This document shows, piece by piece, positions 20,765 through 32,150 of a stretch of DNA of 64,000 bases (its first letter is position 1; every line of letters begins with the position of its first letter). A program made the position numbers and the translations under genes. Source of the stretch: an uncultured Spirochaetota bacterium. GTDB lineage: Bacteria > Spirochaetota > Spirochaetia > SZUA-6 > Fen-1364. The stretch spans positions 320,001-384,000 of the forward strand of contig CAVTHO010000008.1 of the NCBI GenBank assembly GCA_963734545.1, written 5' to 3'. The notes below the pieces were generated by a model that saw nothing but the letters and a program-made list of their open reading frames with translations, ran no database searches and had not been told where the DNA came from.

Positions 20765-21574
20765 TCAATAAGTCCCTGCGCCTTCGCCGCCGGTCACGAT
20801 CGCGACGCTGGAGACGCAGCCGATCCGGCTGGCCCCGGCGCCTATGAGCGCAATGGCGTTCTTGTACGTGCGCACGCCGCCGCTTGCTTTCACGCCCATG
20901 TCCCTGCCCACCACCCGCCGCATGAGGGCAATATCCTCCACGGTTGCGCCCCCGCCGGAGAAGCCGGTGCAGGTCTTCACAAAGTCCGCACCCGCCTTCT
21001 TGGAGAGCTCGCAGGCCATCACCTTCTCGTCCTGCGTGAGGAGCGCGGTCTCGATGATCACCTTGAGGATGGTGGTCCCCCGCGTGGCGCGGCGGACGGC
21101 GCGGATATCCTCCTCCACCCCGTGATCATCACCCGACTTGAGAAGCCCGATGTTGATCACCATGTCGATCTCGGAGGCGCCGTCAGAGAGCGCCTCGCGC
21201 GTCTCAAAGGCCTTGGACCTGCTCGTCATGGCGCCCAGGGGGAACCCGACCACCGAGCAGACCTTGACCCCGGAGCCCTGCAGCTTGCGCGCAACATAGG
21301 CGATCCGGCAGGAGTTCACGCACACTCCGAAGAACTTGTAGGTGAGCGCTTCCTGGCAGAGCTTGTCGAAGGCGGCCGTGGGGGCCTCGGGGCGCAGCAT
21401 GGTGTGGTCGATGTAGCTGGCAACGTCCGCCGGCGCCAGCGCGGGCAGGGCGGAGACGCTGGAGGCTGCCGACTCCAGAGCCTTTCCGGAGGCTGGGGAG
21501 GGCTTCGCGCCCTGCGCGCCCATGCGCGCCACAACCTCGGCGACAATCTTTTCTATCAGCTGGTTCTGGTCCAT
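20765..21574 (-). CDS. deoC: Deoxyribose-phosphate aldolase with an N-terminal BMC encapsulation peptide
   Basis: IDHTML, VVGFPLG, EIDMVINIG, LKVIIET, FVKTCTGF, VKASGG; amphipathic N-terminal helix LIEKIVAEVVARM plus an Ala/Ser/Pro linker. Confidence 0.93.
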   Translation of the reverse strand: MDQNQLIEKIVAEVVARMGAQGAKPSPASGKALESAASSVSALPALAPADVASYIDHTMLRPEAPTAAFDKLCQEALTYKFFGVCVNSCRIAYVARKLQGSGVKVCSVVGFPLGAMTSRSKAFETREALSDGASEIDMVINIGLLKSGDDHGVEEDIRAVRRATRGTTILKVIIETALLTQDEKVMACELSKKAGADFVKTCTGFSGGGATVEDIALMRRVVGRDMGVKASGGVRTYKNAIALIGAGASRIGCVSSVAIVTGGEGAGTY

Positions 21575-21615
21575 CAGTCTCCAAACCTCCCCGGCGACCG
21601 CGTCAGCGGGCGCAT

Positions 21616-22095
21616 TTATAGTCGTTCAATCGCCATGATCTTGTTCACCCGCACCATGTGCCGGCCGCCCCCGAACCGCGTCTGGAGCCACGTGCGCGCC
21701 ATGTCGCAGAGCTGCGATGCGTCGTGCAGCGGACCGCCCAGCGTGAGCACGTTGGCATTGTTGTGCTCGCGGCTGTTCATGACCGTGCGCAGGTCATAGC
21801 AGAGCGCGGCGCGGATTCCCTTGATCTTGTTCGCCGCCATGCACGAGCCGATGCCCGCGCCGTCAAGGATTATCCCGCGCTCGCAGTCGCCGTTCACCAC
21901 TTTGCGGCACACGGCAATGGCGATGTCCGGGTAGTCCACCTTCTCCCCTCCCGAGCAGCCCACGTCTACCACGCGATAGCCGAGGGTCTCCAGGTAGCGC
22001 CGCAGGGCCTCTTTCTGCGTGAAGGCGCCGTGATCGGAGCCGATGGCAACGCTGCGCACCGCATCTCCTCGGCCGTGCGAGTCATGTTCGCTCAA
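21616..22095 (-). CDS. rpiB: RpiB/LacAB family sugar-phosphate isomerase
   Basis: IGSDHG, VDYPD, DGAGIGSCMAANKIKGIRAA, HNNANVL, FGGGRH..RV. Confidence 0.9.
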   Translation of the reverse strand: MSEHDSHGRGDAVRSVAIGSDHGAFTQKEALRRYLETLGYRVVDVGCSGGEKVDYPDIAIAVCRKVVNGDCERGIILDGAGIGSCMAANKIKGIRAALCYDLRTVMNSREHNNANVLTLGGPLHDASQLCDMARTWLQTRFGGGRHMVRVNKIMAIERL

Positions 22096-22382
22096 TGGGG
22101 CCCTCCGGCGTCTTCAATATCTATCCTGTCGACGATGCCGCAGATGGCCGTGCGGATGGTGACCGCGGTTTCGTCTCCGATGACCGCGCGGGCAGAACCA
22201 CCCTCGTCCACCACGAGGACACGATCTCCGATACCGGCCTGTACTCCGTCCACCGCCAGGAGACTCCTGCCCTTCGGCTTTCCCTCCGCATCGATGGGTT
22301 GGACGACGAGAATCTTGTGACCTTTGTAATGGGGGTGCTTTTCCGTCGACACCACGTTCGCCACCACCCGGGCAAGCATCAT
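22092..22382 (-). CDS. BMC vertex protein (BMC-P, EutN/CcmL family)
   Basis: MMLARVVANVVSTEKH...AVDGVQAGIGDRVLVVDEGGSAR...ICGIVD. Confidence 0.92.
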   Translation of the reverse strand: MMLARVVANVVSTEKHPHYKGHKILVVQPIDAEGKPKGRSLLAVDGVQAGIGDRVLVVDEGGSARAVIGDETAVTIRTAICGIVDRIDIEDAGGPH

Positions 22383-22669
22383 TTGCGGCCCCCGGATTTG
22401 ACGCCGCTGTCCACCGCGTCCACCACGCCGATGATCGCCGCGTCCGCGGGATTGAACCACCCGTTGGGGTTCGCCTGTGCGGCTTCCTTTCCCGCTTCGA
22501 AAAACACCAGGTCCCCCTCCCCTGCCCGCGCGATGTCGAACGCCACGAGCGCGACACCCGCGTCCTTTCCGTTCTCGTCCACCGGCTGCACCAGGAGCAG
22601 CTTCAGGCCCTCGAGGCACTCCATCTTCTGTGTGCAGACCACCCTGCCGATCACTCGTCCCAGCTTCAT
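22379..22669 (-). CDS. BMC vertex protein (BMC-P)
   Basis: MKLGRVIGRVVCTQK...AGEGDLV...DAAIIGVVD. Confidence 0.92.
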   Translation of the reverse strand: MKLGRVIGRVVCTQKMECLEGLKLLLVQPVDENGKDAGVALVAFDIARAGEGDLVFFEAGKEAAQANPNGWFNPADAAIIGVVDAVDSGVKSGGRK

Positions 22670-24123
22670 ATGATCCTGAAATAATCCACGAGGGTGCAGC
22701 GCCTCTCGCGCGTATAGGTGCGGGCACGGGTCACCCCTTCCCCGGTCGGGCTCGCGATGGTGAAGGAAGCATATCCCGCTCCTCCCTCGCCAAGGCCGGC
22801 GAAGTTGGGACCGTTCTTTATGAACAGGGAGCAGTTCATCAGCCGTGCCATCTTCGAAAGCTTTTCTATGTCGTGCGAATGGATCGAGGCGGTGTGCCGG
22901 AACCCGTGCTCCACCTTCACCGCGAACTCGATGGCCTCGTCCACGCTGCGCATCCGCACGAGGGGGATGACGGGCATGAGCTGCTCGGACCAGACCATGG
23001 GATGATCGCTCGCTACATCCATGAGAAGGATCCGGGTCTCCACAGGCACCTCGATACCGGCTGCCCGGGCAATGACGTAGGGGTCCTTGCCCACCAGGTC
23101 CTTGTTCGGCGGGCTGTGTCTGCCGGGGCCGGCGTTCTGCGGAAGCGCCACCTTCGTCACCGCCTCGATCTGGCTGCCCGTCAGCTCGAAGGCCCCGTTC
23201 TTCTTCATCTCTTCCTTGAGCCTGTCGGCGATGCTGTCCACCGCCAGGATTTCCTTTTCATCGGTACAGACCACGTTGTTGTCAAATCCCGCGCCCCTGA
23301 CGATGTCCCTGCCTGCCTTGGCAAGGTCGGCGGTCGGGTCCACGACGCACGGCGGGTTGCCCGGCCCGGCGCAGATGGCTTTCTTCCCGCTCGCCATGGC
23401 GGCTTTCACAACCCCGGGACCGCCCGTCACGACCAGCAGGGCCACGCCGCGGTGCTTCATCAGCTCATTCGCGCTCTCGATCGTCGGGTTGGCCACCGCG
23501 CTCAGAACGTTCCGCGGGCCGCCTTCCCGTACGATCACGTCGTTGAGCAGCGACACCAGCCGGCAGGAGACCCCTTTTGCGCCCGGGTGCACATTGAACA
23601 CGACCGAGTTCCCCGCTGAAATCATGCCGATCGAGTTGCTCGTGATGGTCGCAAGGGGATTCGTCACGGGCGTGATGGCGCCGATTACTCCGTAGGGAGC
23701 GTGCTCGGTGATTGTCAGACCATGCTCATCCGAGTACGCGGAGGGCTCCACATCTTCGACGCCGGGAGTCTTCTCCGCGGCAAGTGCGGTCTTCACCTTC
23801 TTGTCCCGCACGTTGCCTAGACCGGTCTCCGCCACGGCCTCCGCGCACAACGAGTCATTGGCCTCCAGCACGGCCCGGCGCATGGCGGCAATCATCTTCC
23901 TGCGTGTGTCCAGGGGGAGCGCGACCAGCTCGCGCTGGGCGGCCCCCGCGGCGGCCACTGCCGTGTCGATATCCGCGAAGACGCCGGTCCCGAGCTGCGC
24001 CGCAGGGGAGGCGCCGCCGGATTTTGCGCCGCCCGCAGAGGACACGCCGAGGAGAGTCTGCATGTCGTAGCTCTTGAGGACCTGCTCGACAATGAGGCGT
24101 ATGTCATCCGCCATGTTCGCCAT
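22666..24123 (-). CDS. Acylating aldehyde dehydrogenase (EutE/PduP-like) with encapsulation peptide
   Basis: N-terminal DDIRLIVEQVLKS helix plus linker; PYGVIGAITPVTNP, TGGPGVV, GPGNPP, catalytic FDNNVVCTDEK, TIASPTGEG. Confidence 0.93.
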   Translation of the reverse strand: MANMADDIRLIVEQVLKSYDMQTLLGVSSAGGAKSGGASPAAQLGTGVFADIDTAVAAAGAAQRELVALPLDTRRKMIAAMRRAVLEANDSLCAEAVAETGLGNVRDKKVKTALAAEKTPGVEDVEPSAYSDEHGLTITEHAPYGVIGAITPVTNPLATITSNSIGMISAGNSVVFNVHPGAKGVSCRLVSLLNDVIVREGGPRNVLSAVANPTIESANELMKHRGVALLVVTGGPGVVKAAMASGKKAICAGPGNPPCVVDPTADLAKAGRDIVRGAGFDNNVVCTDEKEILAVDSIADRLKEEMKKNGAFELTGSQIEAVTKVALPQNAGPGRHSPPNKDLVGKDPYVIARAAGIEVPVETRILLMDVASDHPMVWSEQLMPVIPLVRMRSVDEAIEFAVKVEHGFRHTASIHSHDIEKLSKMARLMNCSLFIKNGPNFAGLGEGGAGYASFTIASPTGEGVTRARTYTRERRCTLVDYFRII

Positions 24124-24149
24124 AACCCGTTCCCCTTGCCCCGCCGCCC

Positions 24150-24443
24150 TCAGCCCTGGCCGGCGTAGGTCACCACGCCGCGCTCGTCGATATGATCGAC
24201 GATGGCCACCGCGAGGGTATCCATCGGACGGTCATCGGTCCGGAACGTCCACCGGCACGAGCTGCCCTGCGTGAGCAGCACGAGCTGGCCCCTGCCGGCT
24301 CCGATCATGTCCAGCGCCACGAGGTATTCATTCCGCCCCGCACCGCGCTGATCGCATTCCTCCACGAGGAGAAAGCGTGCGCCGTCCACCTTGTCCGACC
24401 GTCGTGTCGCCACCACCGTCCCCCGCACACGCGCAATGTTCAT
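24150..24443 (-). CDS. BMC vertex protein (BMC-P)
   Basis: MNIARVRGTVVAT...ALDMIGAGRGQLVLLTQGSSCR...AIVD. Confidence 0.9.
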   Translation of the reverse strand: MNIARVRGTVVATRRSDKVDGARFLLVEECDQRGAGRNEYLVALDMIGAGRGQLVLLTQGSSCRWTFRTDDRPMDTLAVAIVDHIDERGVVTYAGQG

Positions 24444-24793
24444 TGCGCCACCGTACGCGGCGGATTCTGCGCCGCCCTCCGGGCGGACTCATCTTTTCCC
24501 GCGGCCTTGTCGTAAGTGAGGGTCCCGTCCTTCTCTATGGCATCCACGATCGCAATGATCGTGGCATCAGACGGCTTGCCCTTGGTCGTGTCGGTCATGC
24601 GCGCGCTGGATCCGGTGACGTAAAAAACGATCTCCCCGGCGTTCGCGCCCACGCTGTCGATCCCGACCACAAAGTCACCTTTGCCCTTGAGGGTGACAGG
24701 GTCGATCTTCTCCAGCAGGAGAAGCCTCAGCCCTTCCATGGGGGGAGATTTGTGGGTGGCAACTACCGTGCCCTTCACTCGCGCGAGTACCAT
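24440..24793 (-). CDS. BMC vertex protein (BMC-P) with C-terminal extension
   Basis: MVLARVKGTVVATHK...DSVGANAGEIVFYVTGSSAR...DATIIAIVD. Confidence 0.92.
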   Translation of the reverse strand: MVLARVKGTVVATHKSPPMEGLRLLLLEKIDPVTLKGKGDFVVGIDSVGANAGEIVFYVTGSSARMTDTTKGKPSDATIIAIVDAIEKDGTLTYDKAAGKDESARRAAQNPPRTVAQ

Positions 24794-24811
24794 TGATATG
24801 TCCCGGTGGAG

Positions 24812-25123
24812 CTATTTCTTCGAGGGCGCAGGCTTCCTGCCGAGGGGCAGGGCCGCGTCCACCGACTCGTGCGGCCGCGGGATGACATGGGTCGTCACGA
24901 TCTCCCCCACCTTCTCCGCCGCCCGCGCGCCCGCGTCCACCGCTGCCCGGCATGCCGCCACGTCACCGCGCACGATCGCGGTCACGTAGCCGCCGCCGAT
25001 CTTTTCATATCCCACCAGGTCGACCTTTGCGGCCTTGACCATTGCGTCCGCCGCTTCCACCATCGCCGCGAATCCGCGGGTCTCGATCATTCCCAATGCT
25101 TCAAAACTCACGTTGTCCGCCAT
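24812..25123 (-). CDS. BMC hexamer shell protein (BMC-H, EutM/PduA-like)
   Basis: ALGMIETRG...AADAMVKAA...KIGGGYVT...GDVAA...HVIPRPH. Confidence 0.95.
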   Translation of the reverse strand: MADNVSFEALGMIETRGFAAMVEAADAMVKAAKVDLVGYEKIGGGYVTAIVRGDVAACRAAVDAGARAAEKVGEIVTTHVIPRPHESVDAALPLGRKPAPSKK

Positions 25124-25214
25124 ATGTCCCTTCCTTGCTCTCTCAACGGCTCTCGCCGTCTGCTTCGCAGCCGGCTGCCGCCACTGCGATACCGGCGTCT
25201 TACACTGATGCCCT

Positions 25215-25856
25215 CTATATTCTCTGGGTGTTGGCCGCGATCTCGCGTCCGCTCAAACCGCCCAGGCGTGATTCCACCACCTTGCGCGCTTCGATCACTT
25301 CCGCCTCGTCACCCGCGATGTACACCCGCCCGAACGCCCCGAAGCCCAGCACCTCGATGATATTCACCTTCGCCGTCTTCTCCGCCTCGTTGGCGGCATA
25401 GTACGCATACCCCGCAGGCTCCACCTCCAGCACGTACAGCGTGTCCCCGCGCAGCACCATGTTGCCGTGGCGCACCTTGTTGATGAGCTGGGCATGATGG
25501 TCGGATATGTTCTTGATGAGCTGGCTGGTCATCACGCGCGGCTTCAGACGGTCGTTCTCCGTCTTCTTCAGCTCACGCAGCACCGCCTCTCCCGCCATGC
25601 GCGCATCGCCCTGGCTGTCCGAGTGCACCTCCAGCAGGCCGTAGGCCCGCTCAACGATCTGGAGGCCTGGGGTCACATTCGTGGCTTTCAGGGCGATGTC
25701 GGTGAGCCTGTTGATTTCGATGCCCGGGGCGATCTCGATCACGCAGCAGGCCTGCATCCCGATGGGGTAGTATCCCTTGCTCACCGTTGCGATGAACGAG
25801 GCGTTCTGCAGCTGCAGGGAGTCCAGGAAAACGTATGTCCTGAGATCTACGGCCAT
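25215..25856 (-). CDS. BMC tandem-domain shell protein (BMC-T, probably the permuted CcmP/CsoS1D-like class)
   Basis: [61 protein letters not shown]. Confidence 0.9.
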   Translation of the reverse strand: MAVDLRTYVFLDSLQLQNASFIATVSKGYYPIGMQACCVIEIAPGIEINRLTDIALKATNVTPGLQIVERAYGLLEVHSDSQGDARMAGEAVLRELKKTENDRLKPRVMTSQLIKNISDHHAQLINKVRHGNMVLRGDTLYVLEVEPAGYAYYAANEAEKTAKVNIIEVLGFGAFGRVYIAGDEAEVIEARKVVESRLGGLSGREIAANTQRI

Positions 25857-25859
25857 GGC

Positions 25860-26162
25860 CTACTTCTCCTTGCCTTTCATGCCCAGCGGAAGGGCGTCGT
25901 CCACCGAGGAATGCGGCCGGGGAATGACGTGCGTGGTGACGATCTCTCCCACCTTCTCCGCCGCACGCGCGCCCGCGTCCACTGCCGCCCGGCAGGCGGC
26001 AACGTCACCGCGCACAATCGCGGTCACGTAGCCTCCGCCGATCTTTTCGTAGCCCACCAGATCGACCTTTGCCGCTTTCACCATTGCGTCCGCGGCCTCC
26101 ACCATCGCCGCGAACCCGCGGGTCTCGATCATCCCCAAAGCGTCGAAACCGTTCTCTGCCAT
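25860..26162 (-). CDS. BMC hexamer shell protein (BMC-H)
   Basis: Core identical to 24812-25123; AGGAGGAG RBS. Confidence 0.95.
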   Translation of the reverse strand: MAENGFDALGMIETRGFAAMVEAADAMVKAAKVDLVGYEKIGGGYVTAIVRGDVAACRAAVDAGARAAEKVGEIVTTHVIPRPHSSVDDALPLGMKGKEK

Positions 26163-26320
26163 GTCTCCTCCTAAACTTGCTTTGCCCGCCTGGGGCGACT
26201 AGTCCAAAATGCCGTTCGTGCGGCAGTGCGCGAATACGGGAGTGCGCGAATACGCGCTCCAACGGCTGGGGTGGCCCTCGGGGCCACGGTCGCCGTTCGT
26301 ACACCCGAAAGACCGCTCTC

Positions 26321-27100
26321 TCAGTGCATCTCGCGGCCGCCGGTGACGTTGAACGCCTGACCGGTGCAATAGTCTCCGTCGATGGTTAAGAATTTCACGA
26401 ATGACACCACGTCGTCAATCCGGCACAGTCGCCCCAGGGGGACCTTGGCGGTGAACTCCTTCACCACGTCCGCCTCTTCCATTTTGAGGTTTTCCACATA
26501 CCCCTTGCTCACCGAGCCCCAAACGCCGGTTTTCTCCACTATGCCGGGGCAAAGGCAGTTTACCTTGATGTTCTGCTTGGCGTACTCGTACGCGAGCGCC
26601 TGGGTGATCGCAATGATGGCGCCCTTGGCCCCCGAGTAGGCGGCCATGAGCTTGGAGCCCGTCTTGCCCGACTTGGATGAAAAGTTGATGATGCGGCCGT
26701 CTTTCAGGCCCTTCATGCTCTTCAGCGCCGCCTGCGCACAGAACACGGAACCATTGATGTTGATCCTGTTCATCTTGTCCAGCCGCTCAGCAGTGATTTC
26801 CTCGAACTCCTGCTGGTCCACGGCACCGGCCACATTGGCAAGCGCGAAGATGTTCCCAAGGTTCTTTGTGATGTCCTCAAAGCATGCGAAAACTGCCTTC
26901 TGATCGGTGATATCGAGGATGTACCCCCGAACGGCGTGCCCGGCTTTTGCCAGGCGTTCCGACTGCTCCTTGACCTCGGGATTGATGTCGATCATCGCCA
27001 CCTTTGCGCCGAGGCTGCAATACATCTCGGCGATCCCCAAACCGATGCTGCGCGCGGCGCCTGTCACCACGCAGGTTTTGCCTCTCAGGTCAACGCTCAT
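26321..27100 (-). CDS. SDR oxidoreductase, sorbitol-6-phosphate dehydrogenase-like
   Basis: VTGAARSIG, SSKSGKTGS..AAYSGAK (YxxxK), KVPLGR, CTGQAFNVTGGREMH, resembling SrlD-type enzymes. Confidence 0.8.
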   Translation of the reverse strand: MSVDLRGKTCVVTGAARSIGLGIAEMYCSLGAKVAMIDINPEVKEQSERLAKAGHAVRGYILDITDQKAVFACFEDITKNLGNIFALANVAGAVDQQEFEEITAERLDKMNRININGSVFCAQAALKSMKGLKDGRIINFSSKSGKTGSKLMAAYSGAKGAIIAITQALAYEYAKQNIKVNCLCPGIVEKTGVWGSVSKGYVENLKMEEADVVKEFTAKVPLGRLCRIDDVVSFVKFLTIDGDYCTGQAFNVTGGREMH

Positions 27101-27124
27101 GAACCTTCCTCCGTTTGCCCTATC

Positions 27125-27209
27125 AAATCATGATTTCACTAGTGATGTCAAGCTGTTTCTTCTAATAAAACAACATTTCTTTAATAAAACCTCTCCGGGA
27201 GTCTGTCAA
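27125..27209 (-). promoter_or_regulatory. AT-rich promoter/operator region of the SDR-BMC locus
   Basis: Minus-strand TTGACA at 27146-27151 and 27204-27209; palindromes AAATCATGATTT (27125-27136) and TCACTAGTGA (27136-27145); TAATAAAAC direct repeat at 27163 and 27182. Confidence 0.6.
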
Positions 27210-27240
27210 GGCAGCGATTTAGCCCCTCCCGGGCTCGGGC

Positions 27241-30339
<3,099 letters not shown>

Positions 30340-30364
30340 TCAGCTCTGCGAGGTTCGCACATGC

Positions 30365-32024
30365 CTACTTCTCAGTGAGCTCCACGACCCCGGTCCATCC
30401 GGACGGCGGTGGCGACCGTGTGAATGCCGTGCACCGGGTCAGGAAAAGCTGGGCGCAGTGATCCTGGGGGAGCAGGGAGAGCTCTTCCCGGAAAGCCCTG
30501 CCCGCCTGGTCGAACTTCTTTTCATAGTAGAGGGCAAGGGCTTCCTCGTGCTTCTTCCATGCGCCTTCCTCCGCGTCCGTGAGCCGGCGCCGGACCTCGT
30601 ATATCCCCGAGCCGTGGCTGCGGCCTTTCACCGCCACCTTGTCCAGGAGCCGGTAGCGCGCGGCGCCCAGGATCTTCCTTTGAACGGACTCCGAAACGAT
30701 CATGGGAGCATGGTATCTCTTGGTGAGGCTCTCCAGGCGCGAGGCCAGGTTGACCATGTCACCGATGACCGTATAGTCCATCTTCTGCTCGGACCCGATA
30801 TTGCCGACGGTCACGTTGCCGTAGTTGATCCCGACCCCGGAGTGCCAGGGGCTTCGTCCTTTGCTTTTCTGCCACGAATTGAACTCTTCGAGAGCATCTA
30901 TCATGTCGAGTCCGGTCATCACGGACTGAATCGCGTCATCCTCGTGTTTCTCGGGCGCGCCGAAATATGCCATGATCGCGTCCCCGATGTACTTGTCCAC
31001 CAGGCCTCCACGCGCCATGATGATTTTCACCATCCGGCCGAAGTACTGGTTCAGGGACTCCACGATTTCGTCGGGCTGCATCTTCTCCGAAATGGTCGTG
31101 AAGTCGCGCACGTCGGAGAAAAGCACCGCGAGGATCCTGTTCTCCCCGACGAGCATCTGCTCAGGGCTGGCAATGAACTGCTCGATCACGGTCTTGGGCA
31201 CATATTTCTGGAACACGGTGCGGAGCTTCTGTTCCTTTGTCTGGGCCACCGCGGCGTGCAGCGCGAAGCCCTTGATCTGGTCGTACGCTTTGCCGAGCTC
31301 CTCGCTCATGAGGTTGAAGGTGTGCCCCAGCCGTCCCGTCTCGTCCTTGTAGAGGACGTCCACCCTTCGCGACAGGTCGTTCGTGGCGATGATCTCTGTC
31401 ATGGCGTCGGCAACCTGCTCCAGCGGCCGGGTGAGATAGCGCGCAAAGAACAGAAGCAGAATCAACGAAACCAGCAGGGAGGCGCCAAGGATGTCAGCCG
31501 GTCTGGCGCACGATGGCATCGGTGGACCGGTAAAATGTGCCTGCCTCTTCGGTCACGAAAAAGGTCCAGTGGAACGGGGTGAACCCCGCCAGGTGGGCCA
31601 CCCGGTCCACTTCCCCGATCCGCAGCCTCTGCCATCCCGACGCTCCATCGGCCCGCAGCCTGTTCAGGCCTTCCATTTCCGCCGCGCTCGCGCTAAACTC
31701 ATTGGAGCGCAGCGCCACGGTGCCGTCGGCGGCAAGGGCGAAGATGCTTTCCGTCTGGGAGCGCACGAGACTTTTCGCGAAACTCTCCACCGCTGCCTTG
31801 GAGGCCTCCACGTACGCCTGATTGGCATCCAGGGCGTTGGCGCTCAACAGGTTCCATTGTCCCTCCGCGTAGGTGACAAGCTGCTCGGCCTTGAACTGAA
31901 GGAGTCCCGCGGCAACCGCGGTGATGCCATTGCGCGCCGAAAGGGTGGAAATGACTCCAATAAGCACGAGGGGAGTGATGATGAGCGGAAGCACGACGAG
32001 CACGATCTTTGCGCGGATGCTCAT
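30365..32024 (-). CDS. Membrane class III adenylate cyclase with HAMP domain (frameshift near 31495)
   Basis: TM-periplasmic-TM-HAMP (DETGRLGHTFNLM), then LFSDVRDFT, KYIGDAIMA, DYTVIGDMVNLASRLE. The two ORFs join when one base is removed. Confidence 0.88.
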
Positions 32025-32150
32025 TGGCTGTCAGGATAGCGCACCCGGCTGGATCCGGTCAACGCGTGCCCCCCGTTCAACAGTATGAGCGCCGCTGCCG
32101 ATGCACAAGAGGAGATGCCCGGAGTTCCCATGCGTGTGAACGGCCTCCTG

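Noticed and set aside
22383-22727. N-terminal extension making a 211-aa BMC-P
   Set aside because: It overlaps another BMC-P gene in a different frame; the real start is at 22382.
31494-31496. TGA in the adenylate cyclase as selenocysteine or readthrough
   Set aside because: The downstream part is in a different frame, so a one-base deletion repairs it and readthrough does not.
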